Part shown: positions 20,447 to 31,527 of the stretch, piece by piece
Position numbering within the stretch: the stretch's first letter is position 1
Layout: every line of letters starts with the position of its first letter
NCBI GenBank assembly: GCA_918797485.1
Contig: CAKKNE010000004.1
Location: 868,001 to 932,000 of the forward strand
DNA length: 64,000 nt
Direction: 5' to 3'
Source of the DNA: Pelagomonas calceolata
Taxonomy: Eukaryota
Notes under the pieces: generated by a model
Told to the model about the DNA's origin: nothing
Seen by the model: the letters and a program-made list of their open reading frames with translations, nothing else
Databases searched by the model: none
Position numbers and translations under genes: made by a program

Positions 20447-23400
20447 ATGCGGCTCCCGGCGCTCGTACTGCTGGCAGGGGCAGCAGCCGCTGCCACCGAT
20501 GAGTCCTGCGCCGTCCTCGAAACGCAGGGCGCCACCGGCATAGAGGTACGAAGCCTCGACGGCACTTTGATGGGCAACGGCACCGAAGTGTGTCTACCGG
20601 ACGCGCACTACCGCATCACACTGGAGGCCGAGACGTGTCCGCAGCTGACGTGCTTGGTCCCGACTGCGGTGCCTACCCCGATGCCGTCGCCGAGACCGAC
20701 GCCGGCGCCCACGCCGTCGCCGACGCCAGAGCCGACGCTCGGACCGACGACCGAGACGCCCGCGCCCACACCACAACCGTCCGTGGAACCGACGCCCGCG
20801 CCCTCGTCACAACCGACGACCGCAGCGCCCTCCTCAAAACCGACGCAGTCGCCCTGCTCCTCGGACCTCTGCTGGAGCGACAAGACTACGGGTGCTATCG
20901 ACTGCGGTGATTTGGGAGGAGCGCCTTTGGTACTGGAGGCGCCCTGGGACCCGTCGCTGAATGAATACGCATCTCCTCAATTGTCGAAACTTTCGACAGA
21001 TGGAGCGTGGGACGCTTCCTCAACGCTCGCTGCCGTCTTGAACGACAACGGTGGCGTGGCGCTCAAAGTAGCCACGTCTGCCGTGTTCTCTGCCGGTAGT
21101 GATTCGTACGTACTAGGCGCGATCGAGAAGCAGCTCTGCCGGCTAGGTGACGACGTAGTGTGCTTCGCCGGCGAATTGATGGCAGAACCTTCCGCAGCGA
21201 CGGTCTACGAGACGTCCTTCTACTACCTATCGACAGATACCATATACAGAGTTACCTCACTAGCCAATGAAGAACCAATATTTGGGAGCGCCGGTCTATC
21301 AATAAACGCCGCTTTGCTGGACGGGACGCTCGATGCCATCGCCGCCATCGAGGTCGACGACGCCGCTTACCTCGTGGGACTGTCGTCGAGCTTCAAGGTA
21401 CTACTCATAAGACTGCATCCCGACACGCACGCCCCGGCCACATACTCAATACTAGATAGCACGGTGGACTGGGGCTCTTCCACTGAACACAGTGTGACCT
21501 TTGGGGGAGCTTACGGCTTCGACGGGAGAGCTTTATTTGCGGCAAAAGAAGGTGGTCTGTTCGAGGCAACTCTCGGTAGTATACCGGACGCCTGCTGGCA
21601 CGCCGACGCATCAGCGTCCTTGTGCTCGGCTACGGTCGACGTCACGCGCCTCGCGGATACGGACACGTACGACGGTCTCGGGCTGAATTGTCCTGGACCC
21701 TTTACGTTACTCGACTCGGAGGCACCTACAATGTCACCGACGTATCCGGAATGCCTCTCTCAAATCTGTTGGGACACCGATATAACACCCTGGGACTGCA
21801 ATTCTGATGATGGGCCCGCCGCGCTCGCAAAAACGACGAGCGGCGACTACGAGCACTGGAGCATCGCGAGACATGATGGTGAATGGGAGCACGCCGAGGA
21901 CCTTCCGAATGCTGTCGGGTATGATGCTGCTGGTTTGTTGGAAGGCGACGACGGCTACTACGCTGTCGCGGCGCTCAACCGGAGTCTTTGTAGATTCGAC
22001 GAGGACCACGTCGAGTGCTTCTCGGGTTCGTTGCGCACGAAGCCGACGGCGGGCACCGTCCTCGGTTCAACATACTACTACTCCTCGGCCACGACACTGT
22101 ACCGCGTGTCACATGTAAACACGGACACACCTACTATTGTTGATACTGGCTTCTCCTTGCCGTTCGGTGTCGGCGACTGGGTGGCGGTGGACGAAGCGTT
22201 ACACGGCGAGACGATCGTCGGGGACGGCCAGGGGTCCACGGCCTACCTGATTGGTGTTTCAGAGACGCTGGAGATTGTGGCGGTGACCCTGTCCAACGGT
22301 TTACCGACATCCTACGCCACCGTAACAGCAACAGGAGCGACGGGCCCCTTCAACGCGGGCTGGGCCATCTACGACGAGGAGGAGGAGGCGACGCGTATCG
22401 TCTTCGCGGGAAGTGATGGCGTCTACGAGGTCCCCGCATTTTCTACGTCTTCATCATCAGTAGCTTTGATACGAGTGGGCGACGCCATCGCCTTCGATGT
22501 CTACGACGGGTTGAGCTGCCCCCAAATGTCTCATCTGAGCGATGTTTTTGAGTCGCGAGCACCGACCGAGGCGCCCACGACTCGACCTTCGTTGACTCCT
22601 TCCTCCGTACCTTCCTCAAAACCCACGAACCCCACCGTGGCACCTTCCCTAGGCTGCGTCGCGCGAGGCACGTCGTCGTGCTCTGGACCCTCTACGTCAA
22701 TCAGTTCAATTGACTGCCAGAACGGAAATGCCTTCCAGTCGCACTCGTCCGACGGCACTAATGCGATCTACGGCTACAACCTAGCTCTATCGTCCGGTGG
22801 TTATGATTTCGTCTTCGGTCCCGGTACGTCGATCGACGCCCTCGGGGTGTTGGAGCTGAGCGACGGAGCTTGGTTGTTTGGCGCTTCACAGGACAAACTC
22901 TGCGCCCTGAATGCTGGTGAAAGTGAATGCTTTTCCACATCATTGATCAATGAGCCGGACGCTGGTACAGTAACGGGTACGTCGTATTACTACGCTTCAT
23001 CACTGGGCGATGGAGATCAATCCATACATTTCGTGCAAGACATCCACTCGGACGCTCCAACCTTCATCACCGACGCTAGTTCACGTTTAGTCATCGCCGA
23101 AGAGGCGTCGAACGGCGTCAAGCTCTTCGCTGGTGTTATTGGTGATATCGCTTCGACTGTGTTAATAGACGACGGTAAAGAGGATAGGACCTATTTGATC
23201 GGTCTCGGGCAGCGCTTCGAGGTCCTCGTGATTCGTCTTGGGACTGATGGGTACCCGGAAGCCTACGCCGTGCTTGATAGTACGCATACGATCGATCCCG
23301 AGAGCTATGGCTTGGACGACGAGGAGCACGAATTTGGCAGTGCCTTTTCTTATAATGATGGGGTCTTCTTCGGCGGGGACGATGACATAGGCGTCTTCCA

Positions 23401-24751
23401 ACTAAGTCTGCCGCTGACCGTTCCTACGAATTGTTGGAATACTGGTACCAGTACGAGCACGCATGCGGCCTGCGACGGCGCCACGGCGTCTCTCGCAAAA
23501 GTGCGCGACCTGGCCTTGACCGGGAGTGGTGTGGACGGCTTCAACTGCCCTTCATTTGATGCATTGTCAAGGGCGCCGACTCCGGCGCCCGTCGCGGCAC
23601 GACGGCTGACGTCGACGTGCGCCTATTATGTTGATTGGGGTACCTGTAGCGTGTCGAGCGGTTCTTTATCCGTTTCTGGCTCGTTGCGCCTTGCCGGCTT
23701 CTCGGCAGCCGAGTGCTCGACGCAGTGGCTCAGTGTCTTGACGCGGACGATCGCCAATGCCTTGAGTGTTGGTGATGATGCCGTGACGAACGTGGCCTGC
23801 GGCTCGCGACGGAGACGGCTGGCGGCGTCCGATTCCTCTGTAGTCACTTATGACGCGGCGCTGGACGCGTCAACCGCGCCGGCGGACGTAAACGTCGCGT
23901 CCGCGCTCATCGGAGGCAACGCCACGGCGCTCCGAATGGTGCTCGCCGACGCGCTCGAAACGGCGTTCACGCCGGCCGGAGCTCTAGATGCTGCTCTGGA
24001 TTCGGCCGCCTCGTCACTGAGTGACGAGGGCGTCGACCTTGCCAGTGTCCAAACGCTCCTGAATCGGACCGTGACTGCAAACTGCTTCGAGGACTGCTCC
24101 ATTACGAGTAGTGGCGGTGGCTCATCGAGGAACAAGAAGAAGGACCGGCTCTGGTGGCTGACGGACCTCAGAATTATTTTACCGGTCTGTGCCGGTTTGC
24201 TCTTGATCTTGGTTGCTGTACTATACAGGAAGCGCCAGACGTCGCAGAAAGATAGTGAAGAGGCGAAGCACGACGAGGGCGTCGCGGAACGACGGTTGAG
24301 GTTCGACGAGGAGGATTTGGTTGAAGAGGAGCGGAAGGAGGCGCCGTCGTCAGATGATGATGTGGAGGCGCCGCCGCCGCCGCTACCACCTCGCTCTCGA
24401 GATCATACCACTCCGAGACGTCGGGTCGAAGAGGTCGATGATCCTAGATCACCTCGGCCCAATAGAAGCCCGGTGCCCATGACCTGGGGCGACGCTGATA
24501 GGGAAGCGCGGTCGCCGGCGGCGCCGACGCCCGTGCTCTATCTCGGCGACGAGGAAGACGCGGATGATGGCTCGGCCTTCGGCGACGACGACGTCGTGCC
24601 GCCGCCGCCGCCGCCGCTGCCGTCCGAGCTGTCGACGGGGCGCCCCGAGCCGTCCGTGCCGCGGCCTCCTCGCACAGAAGAATACTTCGGCGCGAACGTT
24701 TATGATCGGTCGCCGCGGCCGGACGAGCCGGGGGGGAGGCTGTTCATCTAA
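20447..24751 (+). CDS. Type I membrane/cell-surface protein with three homologous Cys-bounded beta-rich domains and PT linkers
   Basis: Signal peptide MRLPALVLLAGAAAAA; three repeats LC..CF..P.AGTV....YY..DG(L/F)(N/S)CP; PTPAPT linkers; RRL motifs; TM segment IILPVCAGLLLILVAVLY; Pro/acidic cytoplasmic tail. Confidence 0.85.
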   Translation: MRLPALVLLAGAAAAATDESCAVLETQGATGIEVRSLDGTLMGNGTEVCLPDAHYRITLEAETCPQLTCLVPTAVPTPMPSPRPTPAPTPSPTPEPTLGPTTETPAPTPQPSVEPTPAPSSQPTTAAPSSKPTQSPCSSDLCWSDKTTGAIDCGDLGGAPLVLEAPWDPSLNEYASPQLSKLSTDGAWDASSTLAAVLNDNGGVALKVATSAVFSAGSDSYVLGAIEKQLCRLGDDVVCFAGELMAEPSAATVYETSFYYLSTDTIYRVTSLANEEPIFGSAGLSINAALLDGTLDAIAAIEVDDAAYLVGLSSSFKVLLIRLHPDTHAPATYSILDSTVDWGSSTEHSVTFGGAYGFDGRALFAAKEGGLFEATLGSIPDACWHADASASLCSATVDVTRLADTDTYDGLGLNCPGPFTLLDSEAPTMSPTYPECLSQICWDTDITPWDCNSDDGPAALAKTTSGDYEHWSIARHDGEWEHAEDLPNAVGYDAAGLLEGDDGYYAVAALNRSLCRFDEDHVECFSGSLRTKPTAGTVLGSTYYYSSATTLYRVSHVNTDTPTIVDTGFSLPFGVGDWVAVDEALHGETIVGDGQGSTAYLIGVSETLEIVAVTLSNGLPTSYATVTATGATGPFNAGWAIYDEEEEATRIVFAGSDGVYEVPAFSTSSSSVALIRVGDAIAFDVYDGLSCPQMSHLSDVFESRAPTEAPTTRPSLTPSSVPSSKPTNPTVAPSLGCVARGTSSCSGPSTSISSIDCQNGNAFQSHSSDGTNAIYGYNLALSSGGYDFVFGPGTSIDALGVLELSDGAWLFGASQDKLCALNAGESECFSTSLINEPDAGTVTGTSYYYASSLGDGDQSIHFVQDIHSDAPTFITDASSRLVIAEEASNGVKLFAGVIGDIASTVLIDDGKEDRTYLIGLGQRFEVLVIRLGTDGYPEAYAVLDSTHTIDPESYGLDDEEHEFGSAFSYNDGVFFGGDDDIGVFQLSLPLTVPTNCWNTGTSTSTHAACDGATASLAKVRDLALTGSGVDGFNCPSFDALSRAPTPAPVAARRLTSTCAYYVDWGTCSVSSGSLSVSGSLRLAGFSAAECSTQWLSVLTRTIANALSVGDDAVTNVACGSRRRRLAASDSSVVTYDAALDASTAPADVNVASALIGGNATALRMVLADALETAFTPAGALDAALDSAASSLSDEGVDLASVQTLLNRTVTANCFEDCSITSSGGGSSRNKKKDRLWWLTDLRIILPVCAGLLLILVAVLYRKRQTSQKDSEEAKHDEGVAERRLRFDEEDLVEEERKEAPSSDDDVEAPPPPLPPRSRDHTTPRRRVEEVDDPRSPRPNRSPVPMTWGDADREARSPAAPTPVLYLGDEEDADDGSAFGDDDVVPPPPPPLPSELSTGRPEPSVPRPPRTEEYFGANVYDRSPRPDEPGGRLFI

Positions 24752-25025
24752 GGCATGAGCTGTCCAACTACCGTTCACTTGCGCCGGTAGTCGATGTTAC
24801 GGTGCTAGTACTAGTGGGCGCCGGTTGCGCGCGTGAGCTAGCGGAGTAAGACACTAGCAAGCCAAGCTTAAACCGCGGCAGCGCGAACGAGCGCTGCAGT
24901 GGTACCCTGCGTGTTTTGTTTGATTATCTTGCAGCGCATCGCTAGATCACAGCCGCGAGAGCGCCGCAGCATTTCTGCCTGTGCCGGCATTTTGACGCCA
25001 CTGCCGCGCGCGACGCGCAGAAGCC

Positions 25026-25985
25026 ATGGCCGTCAAGGACGACGACGACGACGACGCGCCAGCCGTGAAGGACGAGCCCGTCAAGCTCGAGCACGACAAG
25101 CCGGCCAAGGCGCCCTCGATGGCCAAGCCCGCGAAAGCACCAGCTTTGGGACCGAAGAGCGCGCCGAAGCCGCCCAAGCCCCCACCACCCAAGGCGGATG
25201 GCCTCTTCGCCAAGGCCGCGGCGGCGAAGAAGGCCGCCGAGGCGTTCCGGCAGCGGCGCCAACGCGTGAATCCCGCGAGGCCCGGCGATAAACCCGTACC
25301 AAAGAGGAATCTTGGAGATCGCATCAAGTACCTCAAGCCCAAGCGCCTGAAGTCCCTCCAGCACAAGTTGCTGGACGAAGGGCTGTCGCTCGGCGCGGTA
25401 GGCATCGCGTGCGCCCTACTCGTCTTCCTCTTGGCGTGGTGTCGGAGGCGCTACCGGAGAAAGAGGCGGGGCCTGCCCCTCCACACCGGCGGTGGGAAGG
25501 GCCACAAGCAGCGGGGCCTCTTCGGCCCTTCGGAGGTCGTTCCCAACGACGTCCAACAAGCCTGCCGGACCAACCGGTCGACCGTCGTCGAGGCCTGGCT
25601 GCGGCGGTGCGGGTCGCCGGACGCGCGGGCCTCGGACGCGCCGCGACGGAGCGTGCTGCACATCGCCGCGGCGCATGGCGCGGCGAACGTCTGCCGAGCC
25701 GCGTTGCTCGCGGGAGCGGACCCCAATCTGTGTGATGACGCGGGCGACCGGCCGTTACATTTAGCGGCGGCGAGCGGTAGTGGAGCGTGCGTCAAGGTTC
25801 TGTTGGACCACGGCGCCGACGCGTCTTTGCCCGATGCCCTTGGTCAAGATGCGAAGACGCGCGCAAGGAACGCGGGGAACACGGGCTGCGGTTTATTAAT
25901 CTCGAAGCGGCTGGCGGCGCAGTCGCGCGCGGACACGCGGATCGCCTTTCGAGGTCCGCGGTCGGACGACCGGCACCAGGCGTAA
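25026..25985 (+). CDS. Single-pass membrane protein with ankyrin repeats
   Basis: TM segment LGAVGIACALLVFLLAWC; SVLHIAAAHG..GADPN and RPLHLAAASG..HGAD repeats. Confidence 0.8.
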   Translation: MAVKDDDDDDAPAVKDEPVKLEHDKPAKAPSMAKPAKAPALGPKSAPKPPKPPPPKADGLFAKAAAAKKAAEAFRQRRQRVNPARPGDKPVPKRNLGDRIKYLKPKRLKSLQHKLLDEGLSLGAVGIACALLVFLLAWCRRRYRRKRRGLPLHTGGGKGHKQRGLFGPSEVVPNDVQQACRTNRSTVVEAWLRRCGSPDARASDAPRRSVLHIAAAHGAANVCRAALLAGADPNLCDDAGDRPLHLAAASGSGACVKVLLDHGADASLPDALGQDAKTRARNAGNTGCGLLISKRLAAQSRADTRIAFRGPRSDDRHQA

Positions 25986-26000
25986 TACAGTATCACAATA

Positions 26001-27063
26001 TTAATGCTCCATGCGGTGGTGCCGCCGCCGCTTCTTCGCCGGGGCGGCGTCGCGCCACGGCGTCCGCGCCTCGTCGTCGCCGTACTTGTTCGGACCGCGC
26101 GGGCTCCACCAGCCGTCCGGCGCGGCGGACGCGTCGATACGGGAAACTTCGCTCGGCGTCAATTGTTCGAGTGTCTGGAGGTTCTCGGCGATGTGCGCCG
26201 GCGTCGAGGAACCGGGGATCACGGCGCAGCCCTTGGCACGCGCCCACGCCAATAGCACGGAATTGACTGAAACACCACGCTCGCGCGCGATGCGTGCGAC
26301 GGCGCTCCCGGCGAGGTCGTTGGTGGAAAAGCGGGCGCCGCCGAGCGAGTTGTATGCAGTGACGACAACACCCTGGCCCGCCCAGGCCGCGACGGCGGCG
26401 TGCCACGCTGCCGAGCTCCACGGGTGGTATTGAATTTGGTTCACCTCGGGCAGCTCGCCCGTGGCCTCCACGAGATCATTGATCTCGCCGGCGTTGAAAT
26501 TGCTGACGCCGATGGCGCGCACCTTGCCTGTGCGCACATCAACCAGTCACGACGACGCGTCGATGGCGTCAAGGTCACTGCGCCTTACCTGCCTTCCTCG
26601 CGTCGATGAGCGCCTTCCAGACCGCTATGGCCTTTTCTTTACCCATTTTGGGGCTGTGGATGAGGACGAGGTCCAGGTAGGTTGTACCGATCTCCTGCAG
26701 GATGTTGTCGACGGCCGCGAGGCCCTTGGCGTAGCTGTTCACGGTGCCGCTTGCGAGCTTGGACGTGATCCAGACGTCCTCCCGCTTGACGCCCGACGCG
26801 CGCAGGGCCTCGCCGATCTCCTCGTGGTTGCGGTACGCCATCGCCGTGTCGATGAGGCGACCGCCCACTCGGAGGTACTCCTTCGTCGCATCGATGATGG
26901 GCTGGCCGCGGGCCGTTTTTCGACAGCACGTGCCGAGGCCGTTCGCGGGCATGCGCAGACCGCTTCGGAGTCGTATGGTGTCCTCGTTCGCATGCGCGAC
27001 GAGCAATGCGGCCCAGCCGATGAGCCGCGCGAGCGCCGCGCGTCGACTTGTGGGCACGGCCAT
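26001..27063 (-). CDS. Aldo-keto reductase (2 exons, intron 26528-26588) with N-terminal hydrophobic signal
   Basis: GLGT, IDTAMAYRNHEEIG, REDVWITSK, YLDLVLIH, GKVRAIGVSNF, NQIQYHP and VIPGSS..HIAEN motifs. Confidence 0.9.
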
Positions 27064-27485
27064 AGACGTCGTGCGCCAGCCAAGGGATCCACTGATCGTG
27101 AATATAGATTGCAATCGCAACCCTAAACGCGCAAGAGAGGCAGCCTGTAGATCGTGAATAGTTATAGATGCCCAATGTCACTCGACTGCGACACGCGCAA
27201 GAATTGCAGTGCAAAACGACGACAACGGTCCAGATCACGGTGCGGCCTGGCCCCAAAGCTAGCCAGCCAAAAACGGTGCTAGCGTGCTGTAAGACACACT
27301 AGCCACGCCGGCGCCCGGCCATTTTCATGCCGTAGTTTAAATCGAGGCCCCACAATCGTTCGAATAACCTCCGCCAGTGGATCTCGACAGCGCCGGCCGG
27401 CCGCACCCGAAGCCGCGACGCCGCGCGAGGACACCCACTGACAGCCAGGCGACCGCTGCGCGCGCGCGAGCGCCACCAGCAAAAT

Positions 27486-28373
27486 ATGGCCGACCAGCAA
27501 GAGCCGCCGATATGGGTCGACGAGCTCGTCGCGCGCAACGAAGAACTGCTGAAAGCCGTCGCCGAGAACCAAGCTTTAGGGCGACTCGCGGACGCCGTCG
27601 CGTACCAGGAGCTCTTCCAACAAAACGTCTTGAAATTGGCGACGTTCTGCGACCTGTCCAATGAAGTTTTGGACAGTGGTGACGCGACGCTGGGCGGTGT
27701 GGTCAATCGGCAGGATGCCACGGTCCAGCAGCGCGTCAGTCAAATTACGGATGAGAAGGAGCTCGAGAATCTCGTCGAGCAGATCCCCTGCGCGCAATGT
27801 AAAAGATTGCGAATCGGAGGGAACATCTGCCGCGGGTTACCTCCCGATGGCAAAGGTCATTTGGCGCCGAATTGGGACTACCGCGAAGGCCCCGAAGTTG
27901 CTGCTGCTGCTCCTTTGGGGAACGCGCGCGACGAGGCGGCCCGGTTGCGGGAGTTCTCGCGGCGGATGGAGGCGACGTCCGCTCCGCCTCGCGTCGCCAT
28001 CCCGGAGGCGCCGTCGGTGCGCCGCCAGGAGACGACGTCCCAGTCGCACCGGCGGCGCTGGTCCGAGGCCGAGAAAGCATTATGTGCGCAGGGCATGGAG
28101 CGCTTCGGCGAGAAGGCCCACAAGAAAATCGCCGAATTGATCAAGACGCGGACCGCCGCGCAAGTCCGGACCTACATCGCCAAACAAAGGAAGGCCGTGG
28201 CGAAGCCCCGCGCGCCGGCGCCCGCGGCCCGGGCGCCGGCGCCGGCGGCCCGCGCGCCGGCGCCGGCTGCTCGGGCGCCGGCGTCGCCACCTAGGGCGCG
28301 GCCGCCGCCCGGCGCCGCGCCGCTCGGGCCCGCGACGCTGACGCCCGGTGGCTCCGTCGTGCCGGGTAAATGA
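27486..28373 (+). CDS. SSXT (SS18/GIF-like) N-terminal domain plus Myb/SANT domain protein
   Basis: NEELLKAVAENQALGRLADAVAYQELFQQNVLKLATFCD is SSXT-like; RWSEAEKALCAQGMERFG..KIAELIKTRTAAQVRTY is Myb-like. Confidence 0.75.
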   Translation: MADQQEPPIWVDELVARNEELLKAVAENQALGRLADAVAYQELFQQNVLKLATFCDLSNEVLDSGDATLGGVVNRQDATVQQRVSQITDEKELENLVEQIPCAQCKRLRIGGNICRGLPPDGKGHLAPNWDYREGPEVAAAAPLGNARDEAARLREFSRRMEATSAPPRVAIPEAPSVRRQETTSQSHRRRWSEAEKALCAQGMERFGEKAHKKIAELIKTRTAAQVRTYIAKQRKAVAKPRAPAPAARAPAPAARAPAPAARAPASPPRARPPPGAAPLGPATLTPGGSVVPGK

Positions 28374-28669
28374 GTTGTGTGTGTAGTCCTCTGTGCGACG
28401 GCGTCTCGATCGCTAGCGGCCTGTGGGCCGGGAGCCGGGGCGCGGCGTGGTAATGTTTTCGTTCGTACTTGTCGCGCTCAAGTTGATGGCGTTTTTTGCA
28501 AACAAACCAGGCACTGCCGTGTAGAAGGTCCTCAACGCTGCCGGACGAATGGTAAGATGCAACTTTTTGCTTGTCAACGGGGGGCTTCTCTCTTTCTGTA
28601 TCTTGTAGAGGAGAGCAGATCCGACCGCAATAGCCTGCCGCCGGCACTCGAAGGGAGCAGCAGCTAGCA

Positions 28670-30363
28670 ATGGATATGGACGACGAGCAGCCCCTCATGG
28701 CACCGACGGAGCAGCAGCCGCTCGTCGGGAAGCAAACTACATGGTCCCGCCGGACGCTTGCCCTGGGCGCCCTCTTCGGCGCGTCCCTGCTCCTGGGCGC
28801 CGCGGTCTCGGCGCGGACGGCGCCGGCCGCGGCCGCGCCGGCCGGCAAGCGCGCGGCGTTCAACACGAGGACGGGCGAGCTGGTCCCCAAGGACTACGAG
28901 ACTGCCGCTCCGATCGAGAACAATTACCTGCGCCAGCGCACCAGGCTCGAGGCCGCCATCCGCGTGGCGTTCGAGAAGGTGCACGGCCGCGCGCCCACGG
29001 CCGGCGAGCTCCGGGCCCTGGTGGAGGACCCGGGCGGCGGCGTGCGCGTGAGCCACCCCGAGCTCGTGGCGGCCAACCCGGACCTTGTGAGCCCGGACAT
29101 CAGCTCCGGGTGCCTCACGCTGCGCGGCGACTTCGTCTGCACGCAGGAGCTCCTAGCAAACCCCGAGCTGTATTTGTGGTTCGGCCTCGACTTCGACCAC
29201 GACGCAGGCTTCTGCTATGGGCCCGATGGCGTGAACCTAGACTTTAGTTTTGATATCACGGCGGGGGTCTGCCTGTCGGGCGCCCCAGGGGACCCAGTAG
29301 AATTTGCCAAAGAAAGCGTTGTATACGCAGAACCCGTATTCGGCACATATGCATTATTGGAGGTCGGCGTCGGCGCACAGATCATCAATTTTGATCTCGA
29401 GGAGTCGCTCCGCCAGAAGGCGGTGCGGGACCGGGCGGCGCTCGACGCCGCCATGGCGAGACTCACGGCGGACGGCCACGACGCCGCCAAATTCGGACAA
29501 CTCGCCGACGCGTTCTTTCAGCGAGAGAAGGGCCGGGCCCTCACGGAGGCGGAGCGGCCCGGGGCCTACAAGGAGTTCGCCGCGAAGCTCGGCGCCGCGC
29601 GGGCGAAGAAGGCGGCGGCCGGCGCTACGAAGGCGGACAAGCCCGAGTTCTTCTGGGGCGACGACGTCATCGGGCTTTGGGACGACGGCGGGTGTTTTGC
29701 AGCGTCCTTTGTTCTTTGCTCGTCCTCGCGTCCGCCCGTGGCTTTGCGAGCCGGAGTCGCGTGATGGCGTATTTCTACACAGGAGCTGGTTCTGGGACGA
29801 TTGGGAGATCTCCATCGACGATTGGTTCGACACCACACTCAAGTGCGAGCAGTACCCGTACTGCGGCGCCCCGCCGGGGCAGGACCCCGAGGACTACTGC
29901 CCGAACGGCCTGGCCAAGGTCGAGGTGCGCATCCCCGTCATCGCCCAGGTCGGTTCCTCCGGGCCTGGCGAGCTCAGTGCCGGTACGCCCACGCTCGAAA
30001 CGGGCTTCGGCTCCATCGACGTCGAGTTCGCGGCCGTGCGAAAGTAAAAATTTCGGGCGCCCGGTGCCATCGACGCGACTTTCCCGCCGAGAACCGACTG
30101 GTCGATCTCCACGCAGGTTCTATGGCAAGGCAGGCGTGACGGCGGGTGCCCTCTTTCTCATGGCCGCCGGCGTCGAGGGCAAGATCTCGACGGAGTGCAA
30201 CCTGAGCGGCTGCGGGTCGCCGGGGCTGGGGATCTGCGCGTTCGCCGAGCTCGCCTTCCCCGACATCGACCTGCCGAGCTGGGACCTCTGCGGCAACGAG
30301 ATCGGGTTCGACGACCTCGAACTCCCGAGCCTCGGCGCCGAGGTGTGCTACGACGTTATCTGA
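28670..30363 (+). CDS. Type II membrane protein of unknown function with Cys-containing beta-rich ectodomain (3 exons)
   Basis: TM segment LALGALFGASLLLGAAV; frame-preserving GT-AG introns at 29692-29782 and 30044-30116. Confidence 0.7.
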
Positions 30364-30739
30364 CCGACTCCCCACCCGGGCGGCCAGGCCACGAAAGAGA
30401 CAACCGCTACCCCCCCCCCTTCTGGATGCCACCTCGCTTGTGTACGCAAACAACGTCGCTGGGAGTTTTCTAACCCCATATTTTTCCAGGGACCCCTGAA
30501 GAGGTGTGGTAGGTAGTGTCATGCCACCGGGGGTAGTCCCGCCCGGCCGCCTCCTAGGATCCTGGCTGAGAAGCAGCGATCTCGGCCGCAGCCCCACGCC
30601 GGTTTTTTGCTGCGCGCCGGTTCGAGCGCCGTCTCGGGCACGGCCGATTGCCATCCCGTCGCGCTGCTGCTGGCCGGCGCTGCTGCTGCCGACGCTGCTG
30701 CCGACGCTGTGAGGTCCCAAGGGTTTGTCCTGCAACCCC

Positions 30740-31054
30740 ATGGCGGGCTTCTACTTCTTCATGGCGCCACCACTCCTCGGCGGGACTGCGCTTGCGCCGG
30801 TGCTCCAATTTGGTATGCGAGCCTTTGGTATGACCCTCGGCCAGCGGCTCTGCGTCCAGCTCGGCTTGGTCGGCTATCCCATCTACTATAGTTACTATGG
30901 CAGCGAAGATCTCTTGAAAGGGCATGCGGGAAATGGGTTCGAGGGCACGAAGTGGAATAAATACTTCGCGCTGGCGACGATGTTTACCACTGGCGTCTTC
31001 GGGCTGGGGTGGGGCGTCCTGATCAACGGGTTCGCTCTCCTCTCTCGCACGTAA
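30740..31054 (+). CDS. Small multi-pass membrane protein
   Basis: 104-aa ATG ORF with 2-3 hydrophobic segments and coding-like composition. Confidence 0.55.
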   Translation: MAGFYFFMAPPLLGGTALAPVLQFGMRAFGMTLGQRLCVQLGLVGYPIYYSYYGSEDLLKGHAGNGFEGTKWNKYFALATMFTTGVFGLGWGVLINGFALLSRT

Positions 31055-31527
31055 CCACATGCATCCCCCTCTCGACGGCCTCCTCGTCGGCCTCGGCCGC
31101 CGCGCCGCCGTCCCAGCTGCCTCGGACGTCGCGCCGCCCAGTTCATCATCCTGACCCATGCTCACTCTGTGCGCTGCGCGAGCGCGCGCACACGTCCCAG
31201 ACCCGCGCCCGCCGTCCGCCGGTGCCTTTGCCCTTCCTTAACCTTAGTTAACGTCCGACCGATGACCCGCGCGAGGGTACTTGTAGGACTAGTGGGACTA
31301 GTTGGGGAGACACCGCGCGTCGCCGATTCATCGGCGGCGGGCGCGTGCCGCGTCTTTTAACACCGAGACGTCTGTCTGCTAGTGTACTCACACACTAGGT
31401 TTTACAGCATGTCTTGTGCCCGGCAACGGGACGGCACGCACTGGTGCAGAGGTTCTACGCTGACGGCATACGCTGCAACGAGTCATAAGCAGTGCGCCGC
31501 TGCGCGGTGCAGCAATTACCCCACCCC

